A program made the position numbers and the translations under genes. From positions 1,888,001 through 1,952,000 of the forward strand of contig OZ253496.1 in assembly GCA_965262115.1 (NCBI GenBank): a DNA stretch of 64,000 nucleotides, in the 5' to 3' direction. The notes beneath the pieces were generated by a model. The model had not been told where the DNA came from and did not search any database. It saw nothing but the letters and a program-made list of their open reading frames with translations. Positions 1 through 11,521 of this stretch are shown piece by piece (position 1 is the stretch's first letter; each line of letters opens with the position of its first letter). The stretch is from Nitrospinales bacterium (GTDB lineage Bacteria; Nitrospinota; Nitrospinia; Nitrospinales; VA-1).

Positions 1-240
1 CAGACGCACCAGACCGTCCTCCCCCTGACCAAGAATCGTGCCGATGCGATGGGCGGGAGACTTTAACTTTTCAATGGCTTCCTCCAAGGTCTTGATTTTC
101 AACGCATACTGCTGGGCAGACTGCTGGGCCTGAAACATGGCATCCCTGAGATCAAGAATTTTTTCCTGCAATTGGGGTCGATCCTGGGTTTCATTTAAAA
201 CCTGGTCGATCAACTCTACAATATGGGTCGGGTCTCCCAT
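1..240 (-). CDS. N-terminus (runs off window) of probable proteasome-associated AAA ATPase, ARC/Mpa-like
   Basis: Manual translation MGDPTHIVELIDQVL...LEEAIEKLKSPAHRIGTILGQGEDGLVRL: a coiled coil followed by an EKLxxPxxxxG segment resembling ARC/Mpa N-termini. AAGGA RBS upstream. Confidence 0.5.
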   Translation of the reverse strand, partial: MGDPTHIVELIDQVLNETQDRPQLQEKILDLRDAMFQAQQSAQQYALKIKTLEEAIEKLKSPAHRIGTILGQGEDGLVRL

Positions 241-489
241 GAATAAGTCCTTTATTTTGGTTGTGAACTCAATTGTATGAACAAAAAATTTTATAAATCA
301 AGTCAATTTTCTCAAAGGTTTAGTAGAGAAAACCTTGTCATTATATTAGGATGGAAGCTTCTATTGATTATTGTCCTGAAAAACTTTCGCTCAAATTTTT
401 CGTATTCCCACAGAGCCCGGCATAATCCCAAGTGGCACCAAGACCACCTTTAACACGAAAGTGATTTCTGACAACAAGTTTTTGATTCT

Positions 490-1800
490 ATGACCTTTGC
501 GAACAACAAAACCCCTATCGAAAAATGCATCATCAGTTTCAGCCATAACAAATATTCCACCCGTAAAGAAGCCGATGCGGTGAGCCTTGCCAAGGCAGAA
601 CGTGAAATTGCCGCTGGGAAAAATGGCATCAGCCATCTTCTTCTAAGAGCTGAGGATGACGACATTGATCGACTGAAATTTCTTTTTTTGATCCGGGGAA
701 TTCCTATCATGTGTTACGCGCTGGGGAACCTAATGAACTCCGGCTTGCGCGAAATCGTGGTCGTCGGCTCTGAGGAAGTCAAAAAAGTTATGGACCGCTT
801 CCTCGACATTGTTGGCACCTGCGGAAAAACCATCCGGTTTGTCCGGGAAGATACCCAACACCTCAATCTGGTCCACACCATGAATCTGGGCCGGGAGTTG
901 CTCTCTCCTTCACCCGATGAACTGGTTCTGTTCCAACCCGGCGACCTGCCTTTCCTGTACGATTTGGAAAAAGTATTGTGCTTGCCCGACAACAAAAAAT
1001 ATAACCTGGTGCTCTGGTTGAACTCCCGACAAACGATGTTCCCGGATTTTGCAAAGAATCCGGACAGTGAATTTGTCAAACGCAATTACCATTACCGCTC
1101 TTTCAGCGAAAATGAAGCCAGCCTGCTGGATCTTAAAGAACCTAACTTATATCCCATTAACTTTGCAATGATGGATTCGGATATCATTGACCGCCTGCAC
1201 TCTTCCCGCAAGGACGGACAAATAATTCACGCGGGCATCCAAATCGCTTTGCAAAAACCCTTACGCTTACTCAAAGTTCTGCCTTATGTCATGGACCATC
1301 TGTTGACGTTCCGAATAAATGTAAACCGTATCAGACCCGGCGACCGGTATCATTTCGGCATGTCCCGAAAAAATTTCCATAAAGGTATCTCCCGCTTGCT
1401 CAATACTCCCCTGACCACCACGTTGCACGACGACCCGGCTTTCGTTTCCGATGTCGATGCATTGGAAGATTGGGAAGATTTTGAGTCTCTCACCCATCAT
1501 GCGGAAAAAACCCATGGCCAGGAGGGACTGGAGACCATCCACCCGTTTGGACAATCCCTGACCCGGTTTCGTGAAAAGGGCATGCCTCAGTTGAAAACAG
1601 AGATTCCCATGTATCGGGATTTTCCTTCCTACCTCAACTCTATTTATGAAACGCTCAAGATGGGTTATGTGCCCTTTGACAGGGACAACCAATACATCTC
1701 GCCCAACGCGAACTTGAAAGAAGTGGGGTTCGCATACCACTGGTATAAACAAAAATGTGCACGTCTGAAACAAACTCATGAGAACCGACAACAGGCCTGA
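490..1800 (+). CDS. Nucleotidyltransferase/NTP-transferase-like (GT-A fold) protein
   Basis: 436-aa ORF with KFLFLIRGIPIMCYAL, EIVVVG, GDLP and DVD motifs typical of nucleotide-diphospho-sugar transferase folds. Confidence 0.5.
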   Translation: MTFANNKTPIEKCIISFSHNKYSTRKEADAVSLAKAEREIAAGKNGISHLLLRAEDDDIDRLKFLFLIRGIPIMCYALGNLMNSGLREIVVVGSEEVKKVMDRFLDIVGTCGKTIRFVREDTQHLNLVHTMNLGRELLSPSPDELVLFQPGDLPFLYDLEKVLCLPDNKKYNLVLWLNSRQTMFPDFAKNPDSEFVKRNYHYRSFSENEASLLDLKEPNLYPINFAMMDSDIIDRLHSSRKDGQIIHAGIQIALQKPLRLLKVLPYVMDHLLTFRINVNRIRPGDRYHFGMSRKNFHKGISRLLNTPLTTTLHDDPAFVSDVDALEDWEDFESLTHHAEKTHGQEGLETIHPFGQSLTRFREKGMPQLKTEIPMYRDFPSYLNSIYETLKMGYVPFDRDNQYISPNANLKEVGFAYHWYKQKCARLKQTHENRQQA

Positions 1801-1917
1801 CCGGAAAAATCACTGGCGTTATGCCGAGACCCGCTTTCTGCAAACCGAAAATAACGCTATAATACAGACTATAATTTTGCAGGGTAAAATTTAAGCACGC
1901 GGACAAACGAGCCAAAA

Positions 1918-2874
1918 ATGCCAAAATCGTGGCAGGGCAATAGTTTATTGAACCTAACCCGATTATCCGGGTTTATCCTTTTATCGGTGGGCATTCACAT
2001 AACATCGGTGATCGCCTACATGGTGATCCCCGTCGCGAAAGAAGAAGTAAAGGGACCTCCCCCTATCCGGATAAAATATATCGAACCGGAGAAACCCCTG
2101 GCCGCCAAAGGTGGCCGAATCATCGATACGCCGACGCCACCCAAAAAAATCGAGAAGCCCAAAAACAAAGATCTGCTGGCAAAATTTGACAGCCGAGCCC
2201 ATTTCAATATCAAAAAGAAAACTGCAAAAACCTATCAGCGCAAAAAAACCGTGGTGCCGAAATCGAAAGGGTCGGTGGGCAAAACAGGTGCCGCGCCCGT
2301 TCGAGAAAAGAAAGTCGCACGCAAACCGCAAAAACGTGCCGCGATTGAGCCGGGAAGAAAACTCCTGCCGGAATCAGATATTGGAAAATATAAATCCGTT
2401 ACCCGGGAAAAACCCAAACCCACGATGTCCTCCGCCAATCCCAAGGCAGGCACAGGTAGCGCCTTGGCTCTTCTGGACGGGTTTGACCCCGAACCCTTCG
2501 CATCGCTCAGCACAGAGGATCTCGAAAACATCGATGATGACGAACCGGTTTCCCTCGATACAACAGAAGTCAAATACGCTTCTTATTTCGCTAGGATCAA
2601 GCACCAGATTGAACGGGTATGGATTTATCCCACCGAAGCGGCGCAACGCGGCATCAGCGGGGATATCACTTTGACATTCAGAATTTCCAAGGACGGCAAC
2701 CTTCTGGGAGTGCGGCTGTTGGATCAATCAGGCTATGAAATTCTGGATGTGGCCGCGCTCAAAGCCGTGAAGGAAGCGGCCCCCTTTTATCCCTTCCCGG
2801 CAACCATTGACCGGGAGAGGTTATCCATCCAAGCCAATTTCGTTTACACCCCCCAATTCGAACCTGCCCACTAA
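1918..2874 (+). CDS. TonB family energy transducer
   Basis: N-terminal TM helix with SxxxH, Pro/Lys-rich linker, C-terminal WIYP..A..RGISG..G..LD.AA TonB_C domain. Confidence 0.85.
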   Translation: MPKSWQGNSLLNLTRLSGFILLSVGIHITSVIAYMVIPVAKEEVKGPPPIRIKYIEPEKPLAAKGGRIIDTPTPPKKIEKPKNKDLLAKFDSRAHFNIKKKTAKTYQRKKTVVPKSKGSVGKTGAAPVREKKVARKPQKRAAIEPGRKLLPESDIGKYKSVTREKPKPTMSSANPKAGTGSALALLDGFDPEPFASLSTEDLENIDDDEPVSLDTTEVKYASYFARIKHQIERVWIYPTEAAQRGISGDITLTFRISKDGNLLGVRLLDQSGYEILDVAALKAVKEAAPFYPFPATIDRERLSIQANFVYTPQFEPAH

Positions 2875-3086
2875 CCGGGCAACGCCCGGTGGTAACTAGC
2901 AATATCTCTTAAGTGCTAGCAACCGTTAACTCGGCTTAAAAAGGGACGCCATCGAACGGCACTTTAAGCCGAGAAGAAGTTTGTTTTTCAGATAGGGCTA
3001 TTGCCCATCTCCACCGGGCGGAGTACCTCCGCGGGCAGGTTGCAATGTGTTTATCTTGCGGGCAATCGTACTGGCGGCCCAACAAG

Positions 3087-5063
3087 TTATTGCTCGCTGG
3101 CCCCACGCCTAGTGGGGAAGAAATCTCGGACTTCGTCTAAGTGAGTTGTTACCGGACAAGGAGGTAGTGATGCGATGAACTGTTTTCCATACCCACGCCG
3201 CCTCATGCGGGAATCAAGAATTGAAACCACACCGGTGTCGGTCTTCTTGCGGATCAACCGGCCAAACCCCTGCTTCAATTGAAGGATCGCCCGGGGAATC
3301 TGGTAGTGCCTGAACGGGTCGATATGTTGCCGACGCAGTTCTTCAATGCGGGCTTCTGTCAACGGTTCTTTGGGAACGTCAAAGGGAAGTTTGGTAATGA
3401 TGACACTTTGCAACGCGTCACCGGGTATGTCCACTCCCTGCCAGAAGGAGTTGGTTCCGAAAATCACTGAGGGTTCCTGCTTGAACTTTTTGATCATTTG
3501 GACGGTGGGCATTTCTCCCTGACGGATGAGCTGGAACTGAAGCTCGTCCAGTCTTTCATAAACCTGATTGAGAAGCGCATAACTTGTAAACAGGATAAAT
3601 GTTTTACCGTCGGAAGCCTCTACCAGTTCCCGGCACCGGTTAGCAATACCCTCTACATAAACTCCTGTTTCATCCCCCGGTTCGGGGAGATCATCGGGAA
3701 CATAGAGCAGGGCTTGGCGGGGGTAATCGAAAGGTGCCTCCAAAGACAACTCCTCATCCGGCTGGTAACCAATACGCTCTTTAATAAAATCGAATCCTTT
3801 GGCAGTGGTCAATGTCGCCGAGGTCATGACCACCCGGTCAATTTTATCGAATACCTGCGCGTGCAGTTCTTCCGCAACATGAATGGGAACCCCGCGCAAG
3901 ACCACACGGGCAAAACGTTTTCTGGGCGTGATTTCTAACCAGTAAACATACCCGCGCATATGCTGGTTGAGAATGGCAGATAGAGCGTTATTGAACTCAA
4001 AACAACGCTCGGCGGCGGATGAAACATCAACCCGGTCTTCCTCCGAATGCAGACCCCCTTCCAAAGATTTCAAGGCCTCCCGCAGGGCTTCGAGCGGAGC
4101 ATACACACCGTTATCCAACACGGGCGGTTTGTAGAACCGTAAGACCCGGTCGTTTTTTCCATACTCTTCCAGAAGTTGATTGAAAAAAACATCGGCCGCC
4201 TGACGTGCGGACATCACCAACTTGCGAAGATGCGGCACCGAGTCGTGATCGATGCGAGTCAACAACCCTCGTTTGGTGCGTGGGTTATGCAACCGGTCGA
4301 GAAAATAGATCAAACTGGAATTTGAAATTTCAAGCCCCAGAAACTGGGTGGCCGCTTCTTCCAGATTCTGAGCCTCGTCAAAAACCACCGCATCGAAAGC
4401 CGGTAGCACCGCACCGGCGTTGGCAACGTTGGCAAAAAACAAATGATGGTTGACGATTAATAGATGGGCTCCGAACCATTTCTTGCGGGCTTTGAAATAA
4501 AAGCAGGACGAATGCGTTTCGCAATTTTTCCCCAGACACAGGTCTTTCTGCCGCCCCACCTCTTCCCACACCTGGGGAAGCACTTCAAAAGGCAGGTCAC
4601 TGCGAAACCCGGTCTCCGTCTCTCCGGCCCAGTTGAAAATTCCTTCCCATTGGTTTTCCTCATCGGGCTGGGTGAACAACCCCGCCTGCGCCGACCGTTT
4701 CAACCGCCTGAGCGACAGGTAGTTTTCGTTGCCCATGCACAAGGCATAACGAAAGGCTATTCCCAATTTGTCGCGCAGCAGGGGGATGTCGTGATTGAGG
4801 ATCTGATGTTGGAGCGTCTTGGTATAAGTGGAGATAACCACCTTCTTGTTATTTTCCACAGCCCATAAAATGGCAGGGATGAGGTAAGCCAGACTTTTAC
4901 CCGTTCCGGTACCCGCCTCGACGATCAGGTGCCGGGCATTGCCGAATGCTTCCTCCACCGCCTCCGCCATATCCATTTGTTGGCGACGGAATTCGAATCC
5001 CTCCAACCGTGAAGACAGAATGCCCTCTTTACCGAGATAGTTTTCTACCCGATTTGCTGTCAT
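3087..5063 (-). CDS. DinG/YoaA family ATP-dependent DNA helicase
   Basis: EAGTGTGKS, DEAQ, TSATL, SFWQGVD, KLPF, QGFGRLIR motifs. Confidence 0.93.
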   Translation of the reverse strand: MTANRVENYLGKEGILSSRLEGFEFRRQQMDMAEAVEEAFGNARHLIVEAGTGTGKSLAYLIPAILWAVENNKKVVISTYTKTLQHQILNHDIPLLRDKLGIAFRYALCMGNENYLSLRRLKRSAQAGLFTQPDEENQWEGIFNWAGETETGFRSDLPFEVLPQVWEEVGRQKDLCLGKNCETHSSCFYFKARKKWFGAHLLIVNHHLFFANVANAGAVLPAFDAVVFDEAQNLEEAATQFLGLEISNSSLIYFLDRLHNPRTKRGLLTRIDHDSVPHLRKLVMSARQAADVFFNQLLEEYGKNDRVLRFYKPPVLDNGVYAPLEALREALKSLEGGLHSEEDRVDVSSAAERCFEFNNALSAILNQHMRGYVYWLEITPRKRFARVVLRGVPIHVAEELHAQVFDKIDRVVMTSATLTTAKGFDFIKERIGYQPDEELSLEAPFDYPRQALLYVPDDLPEPGDETGVYVEGIANRCRELVEASDGKTFILFTSYALLNQVYERLDELQFQLIRQGEMPTVQMIKKFKQEPSVIFGTNSFWQGVDIPGDALQSVIITKLPFDVPKEPLTEARIEELRRQHIDPFRHYQIPRAILQLKQGFGRLIRKKTDTGVVSILDSRMRRRGYGKQFIASLPPCPVTTHLDEVRDFFPTRRGASEQ

Positions 5064-5212
5064 GACCGTGCATGGTACGGGCACAATTTAAAAAGCGCAA
5101 AATTATATTTGCACGCCAGCAATAAAGACGTCGATTATCTCTGGTTCAACGAGGTTGAATTATGTGGCGGACTTCCTTTATAGTAGATACAGATAACTTA
5201 ACTGGAGCCAGC

Positions 5213-5912
5213 ATGAAAACCCTTAGTATCATCCGCACACTCTTTTTTACATCCACTACTTGGGCTCAGGATGGCGATGGCGCCCAGCAGCGAAAACTGC
5301 TGCGAACCGGACAACTGGTTCTGGAAGAAATTCAGAATTCCCCCGACCAGAAAATTCCCACCGGGTTGATCGCCAAGGCCAAGGCCATTATTGTCTTTCC
5401 CACTATGTTGAAAGCGGGATTTTTTGTCGGCGCACGATACGGCAAAGGGTTTGCCTCGGTACGCGCCAAGGAATCTGGTGAATGGGGCGCTCCGGCTTTT
5501 CTTTATACCGTCGGCGGCAGTTTCGGTTTTCAATTTGGTGCAGAAGCGGTAGACCTGATCCTGCTCGTTATGACGCAAAGGGGATTGGAAGGACTGCTCA
5601 GCGAAAAGTTCACGTTGGGCGGAGACATCGCCCTGGTGGTGGGACCCGTGGGCCGCCATGCAGAAGCGGCGGTAGATGTCTTCATGCAGGGAGAAATCTA
5701 TTCCTATTCCAGAGCCAAGGGCATTTTTGGGGGGGATTTCCGTGAAAGGCACCGTCATCACCTCAGACGTCGATGCCAACCAAGCTTATTATGGAAAACC
5801 CCTAACCGCAGAGAACATTCTGCTTTCCAATCAGGCCGGGGAAATTCCTGAATCTGGAAAACAATTCATAAAAATATTCAACCATCTGGCTCCCTACAAA
5901 AAAGGAAAGTAG
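5213..5912 (+). pseudogene. Ysc84/SYLF lipid-binding domain protein, frameshifted
   Basis: KAGFFVGARYGKG, GGSFGFQFG, YSYSRAKGIFGG; continues in another frame (ISVKG...DANQAYYG) after the G7 run at 5729-5735. Confidence 0.8.
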
Positions 5913-5948
5913 CAGTGCTACACTCCATCTGATTCCGGCGAACCAAAA

Positions 5949-6161
5949 CTACAGAAGTTTTTTGAACTCGGCCAAGGTCAGTCCCGCTTGGCGAACGATT
6001 GCCCTCAGGGTGCCTTTTGCCATTTCTTTATGATTAGGGATGGTTAACCTTCGGTGAGGCGGATCGGGTTTTCTCAGGATAAGATGGTGATCCAGCACAT
6101 AACCCAGTTTCTGGAAAGCCTTACAGGCTTCTTTTCCGGAAAGAACGGGAAATTGACTCAA
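5949..6161 (-). CDS. hicA: HicA family toxin with apparent in-frame deletion
   Basis: 70 aa with LSGKE..GY..H..TIPNH..GTL..I; the usual xxGS before the conserved His is missing. Confidence 0.8.
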   Translation of the reverse strand: MSQFPVLSGKEACKAFQKLGYVLDHHLILRKPDPPHRRLTIPNHKEMAKGTLRAIVRQAGLTLAEFKKLL

Positions 6162-6370
6162 ATGGGAATCTCAACAATTTCTTCTTCAATAGACGGGGGA
6201 ATCGGTTCATCGTGTTGCTTTAAACTTTCCAGATAACCCTTGACGGCATCCTGAATGTTTTCTAAGGCCTTGGAACGGGTCACTCCCTGCGAAACACAAC
6301 CCGGCAAAGACGGGCATTCCGCTACAAACACACCCTCTTCATCTTTTTCGATTAGAATTCTGAACTTCAT
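6158..6370 (-). CDS. hicB: Short HicB family antitoxin
   Basis: FVAECPSLPGCVSQG.T..ALENI.DA motif; overlaps the hicA start. Confidence 0.88.
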   Translation of the reverse strand: MKFRILIEKDEEGVFVAECPSLPGCVSQGVTRSKALENIQDAVKGYLESLKQHDEPIPPSIEEEIVEIPI

Positions 6371-6451
6371 GACGACCAATATTTAAAAAGGGATCGCTAA
6401 ACTATAGGTAAATTCTAATCAACCAGTCCTTTAAAATCAACTGCAACCTTT

Positions 6452-6586
6452 GTCGCTATCTCCCGAAACACGGTCGACTGCATCATCGCCGCGATCTGCA
6501 TCGAAAACAAACAGACGCTTCTACACCACGATAACGATTTTGACAAGATAGAACCCTGCACGGCTTTGAAGTGTTTTCAGGGGTGA
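6452..6586 (+). pseudogene. C-terminal fragment of a PIN/VapC toxin
   Basis: Manual translation VAISRNTVDCIIAAICIENKQTLLHHDNDFDKI matches the VapC C-terminal DxxIAA..LLHxDxDF pattern; no start. Confidence 0.7.
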
Positions 6587-6955
6587 TCCCTGCTAGAGAC
6601 CAACTTACCCCATATCGAATTACACTAAAAATTATTTGTTTTTTTATTAAGCAAGTCAGAGAAACCATATTTACAAATAAAAGCCGACAACAGTTTACGC
6701 TCCTGAAATAACAATTCTTGCTTACTTATATCTTTAACGGGAAATGCGCTTACATAAAGGTCTTCTCTTGAATCTCCATACTTTTCCTTATACGACTTCC
6801 CCCCAATATGGTTCCCACTATAACTATAACCGGGCTTTTGCTGAAAAGCCGCACGGTCAAAATTCCCCCATCTTCGCTTTAGATACGAAGTGATCTTCCC
6901 CTGAATTGGTGGACACATCGAAAAGTGTGGATAATACACTTTTGGAGGTGTTTTT

Positions 6956-7230
6956 ATGGGAACCAAACGCAGGAGTTTCAGTAAAGAATTCAAGTTAGAA
7001 GCGGTTCGATTGGTTATTGAAGTAGGCGATAGCATTGCCCGGGTGTCCCGGGATCTGGGAATCCGTTCTGCCCTTCTGGGTCGCTGGAAACAGGAGTATG
7101 AGGAGGATCAGGGGAATGCGTTTCCCGGCAAAGGACAGCTTAAGCCGGGAGATGAGTTGCAGCAGTTGCGGCGAGAAAACGCTCGCCTTCGTATGGAGCG
7201 GGACATATTAAAAAAGGCGGCAGTTATCTT
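6956..7230 (+). pseudogene. IS3 transposase OrfA, interrupted at its 3' end
   Basis: MGTKRRSFSKEFKLEAV...LKKAAVIF; the native end (SKGSQ*) resumes at 8481-8499. Confidence 0.9.
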
Positions 7231-7301
7231 TGTGATGGCCTCTTCATTAATCTTTATGCCCGGCACGGGTACTTCATGCCCCGAAGCAACTGTGTTAAAT
7301 G

Positions 7302-8460
<1,159 letters not shown>

Positions 8461-8495
8461 TGAACAACATACAAGGGGTACTCGAAGGGTTCCCA

Positions 8496-9305
8496 ATGAG
8501 ATATCGGTTTATACGGGATCATCGAGAAGCATTTCCGGTAAGCCCGATGTGCCGGGTTCTGGAAGTGGGACGAAGTGGGTTCTATGCCTGGCTGAGCCGC
8601 CCCGAGAGCCTGAGGAGCCGTGAGAAGCAGCGATGGGTTGATGAGATCAAAACCGTTTATAAGAAGAGTCGCCAGACTTATGGCAGTCCCAGAATTCATG
8701 AGGACTTGAAAGACAAGGGATATGCCATTGGCAGGCATCGTATTGCCTGTCTTATGCGCGAGCATGGAATCGTTGCCAAGCACAAAAGAAAGTTCAGGGT
8801 GACAACCGATTCCAAACATAATCACCCGGTGGCAAAAAACAAACTGCAACGGCGGTTTAATGTTGCTGAGCCCGGTCAATGCTGGGTTTCGGATATCACC
8901 TATATCCCGACTCAAGAGGGCTGGTTATACCTTGTGGTGACGCTGGATTTATTCCACCGTAAAGTTATTGGTTGGGCCATGGATCGTTGGATAACCCGTT
9001 GGTTGGTAATGAGAGCTTTAAATATGGCAATGAAGAACGGCGGCATGAAACCGGGATTGATTCACCATTCTGACCGGGGGGTTCAATATGCCTGCAACGA
9101 TTTTCAAGCCTTGCTCAATGTTCATGGGATAGAGTGCAGTATGAGCCGGAAGGGCGATTGCTGGGATAACGCCGTGGCGGAGAGTTTTTTCCATACTCTC
9201 AAAGTGGAACTCATTCATAACCGGAACTACAAAACCCGTCAGCAAGCAAAGAAGGATATTTTTGAATATATCGAAGTGTTTTATAATCGGCAACGCCGTC
9301 ACTAA
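8496..9305 (+). pseudogene. IS3 transposase OrfB (DDE) with premature TAA about 18 codons early
   Basis: [31 protein letters not shown]; the frame continues YLGYLSPAEFE after the stop. Confidence 0.9.
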
Positions 9306-9416
9306 TATCTCGGCTATCTCAGCCCTGCCGAATTCGAGAAACAGGCCTATGCCTCTTAACTAACTGTCCACTAAAACAGGGGAAGTTCAGAGTTTAGGTT
9401 TCGGCGGTCGCGTGCG

Positions 9417-9456
9417 TGTGATATTCCCAACATTAACTTCATGCCCTGAAAGGGTA
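9417..9456 (-). repeat. ~40-bp TACCCC mini-element unit
   Basis: TACCCTTTCAGGGCATGAAGTTAATGTTGGGAATATCACA on the minus strand. Confidence 0.85.
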
Positions 9457-9500
9457 TCTCCGCCCCATTGCCACCGCCGCGCTGGCCCTGCGCCGAGCAG

Positions 9501-11312
9501 TTAGACCATGCCGATGGCGGTGTGTTGCATTTGCTGGCGTTGTTCTTCGGTGACTTCTAACTGAGGAAGGTGGTTGGACCCGTATTTATCGATATACAGG
9601 AAGATGTATTCACGGACACAGGTTCTTAGATCCCATTTCGTGTTGTGCTTGCGCTCGAACTCATCGAACACATTCAGCGCATCTTGAATGCTGAGTCCAT
9701 CTTTGGTGGTGAAGTAGTAGTCGAGTGCCAGATCCCATTCTGGATTTTTGTAAAAAGTGATACCGTATTTTTCCGGCTCAAACGCGACAGGACTGTATTT
9801 ACCCAGCACGAAGGTCATGAATCCGAGTGAGTGGATGTGGGCCGAGTTTTTCTCGACGAAGGCTTTACTGTCGTCGGCTTCTTTTTCGGTTTCACCGGGA
9901 AAACCGAAGAATCCCATCAAATGATTCCAGATTCCCGCTTCGGACGACATACGGAGATTAGTTTCGATGGCATCGAGCTTGGTCGCTTTATCCATGAGTT
10001 TAAGGACTCGTTGATTGCCCGACTCGTAACCGAAATGCAGATATTTGCAACCCGATTCGGCGACATCCTGCCAGACTTGTTCATCCAATAGGGATTCTTC
10101 AAAGCGCATATGCGTGGTCCAGGCAATATCGAGTTTATCGTCGATCAAGCGGCGCGAAAGTTTCTGGAACAGTGCCGGGGGATAGGACTCATCGGTGAAA
10201 TGGAAAAACCGGGTGCCGTATTTTTCTTTGAGGTGCTTGATTTCATCGGTGATCTGGTCGACCTGCTTGGTGCGGAACCCTTCAACGTAACCTTGAAAAT
10301 GGTCGCAGAAAGTGCAACGCCCCCAATAACACCCCCTTGTCGCGAGGTAGGGCAGGATGAGATGCGGCACGAAATATTTTCCCAGCGGTAAACCATCAAA
10401 GTCCGGGGGCGGCAACTCGGCCAAGTTTTCGGCACAGACTTCTTTGTTCGTGTGAATGCCACTATCGTCTTTGTAGATCAGGTTGGGGAGCTGGGAAAAA
10501 TCGCCGCTCTCTTTCACCGTTTCGGTCAGTTTCAGATAAGCCGACTCGCCTTCATAAACCACCGCCGTGTCGAACCATTCCCATAGCCCTTGCATTTCCG
10601 GCAGGGTGTCGCGGATGCGGGTGATGATGTTTCCGCCCAGGGTGATATGCGTTCCGGGAAACTCTTCCTTGATCATTTTACAGAAGGTGAAGGTGGCGAT
10701 GAGTTGTTTCTGTTGCACCACTGAGATGCCGACCATTGCCGGACGCTCGCGTTCCATCACCGGACGGACCAGCATGCGATAAACGTCACGGTAAATATTG
10801 ATCTGGTCGTCATCAATCGCTTCCAGAATTTCTGAGGACATGAACGGTTTGTAAACGATGTCGGTCTCGATGGGTGGAAAACAGATTTGCGCCGGATAAT
10901 AACCGAGCGAAACCACTGCCATAACCTGATGCAGGCAATTCGTCGCCCACTCCAACTGGTCGATATCGTAAAACGCTTTGCCGCGCAGGATTCCCTTGGC
11001 CCTTTCGACATCCGTGGAAAATTGTTGAAACAGTTCCGGGGTGCAGGTGATGAGCTTTTGCATCAACTCCTTTTCTTCCTCATCGAGCCTGCCTTCTTTT
11101 TCCTTGTCCTGAAGATAGCTGAGCTCGCTGGCAATGCGTTGCGCGACATGTTCCAAAAACCGGGAACTGAAAAACAGATCATACATCTCGACGTTGACAT
11201 CCAGCTGCGAAACGTCGTGACCCGCCGGGCGCAGAACTGAAGCCAGTGACGGCAGACTCAGGTAGGGCTCGGAAGGTAACCAGTCAGGGGGAAATATGAG
11301 TAATGTTTTCAT
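9501..11312 (-). CDS. B12-binding radical SAM protein
   Basis: TRGCYWGRCTFC (CxxxCxxC), N-terminal PYLSL and LGG segments of a cobalamin-binding domain, GYESG. Confidence 0.9.
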   Translation of the reverse strand: MKTLLIFPPDWLPSEPYLSLPSLASVLRPAGHDVSQLDVNVEMYDLFFSSRFLEHVAQRIASELSYLQDKEKEGRLDEEEKELMQKLITCTPELFQQFSTDVERAKGILRGKAFYDIDQLEWATNCLHQVMAVVSLGYYPAQICFPPIETDIVYKPFMSSEILEAIDDDQINIYRDVYRMLVRPVMERERPAMVGISVVQQKQLIATFTFCKMIKEEFPGTHITLGGNIITRIRDTLPEMQGLWEWFDTAVVYEGESAYLKLTETVKESGDFSQLPNLIYKDDSGIHTNKEVCAENLAELPPPDFDGLPLGKYFVPHLILPYLATRGCYWGRCTFCDHFQGYVEGFRTKQVDQITDEIKHLKEKYGTRFFHFTDESYPPALFQKLSRRLIDDKLDIAWTTHMRFEESLLDEQVWQDVAESGCKYLHFGYESGNQRVLKLMDKATKLDAIETNLRMSSEAGIWNHLMGFFGFPGETEKEADDSKAFVEKNSAHIHSLGFMTFVLGKYSPVAFEPEKYGITFYKNPEWDLALDYYFTTKDGLSIQDALNVFDEFERKHNTKWDLRTCVREYIFLYIDKYGSNHLPQLEVTEEQRQQMQHTAIGMV

Positions 11313-11391
11313 TTTTTAAGCGCTGTCTTGATTCATTCAAAACTTTTCTTAAAGGCAATTCGCTGTCCCTTATTGAAACCCTTGGGTAACC

Positions 11392-11512
11392 CGTCATTGC
11401 GAGGAGGCATTGACGACGTAGCCATGATATCCCTTCATTAGCTCTCGTGCCCCGCAGGGGTAAATCCATAAAAGCTGGATCGCCACGCTCCCTACGGTCA
11501 CTCGCGATGACG
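11392..11512. repeat. CGTC-type palindromic repeat pair containing an inserted mini-element (11423-11462)
   Basis: CGTCATTGCGAG...CTCGCGATGACG ends; the CGACGTAGC|AATCC motif is split by a 40-bp unit. Confidence 0.8.
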
Positions 11513-11521
11513 AACAAGTCT

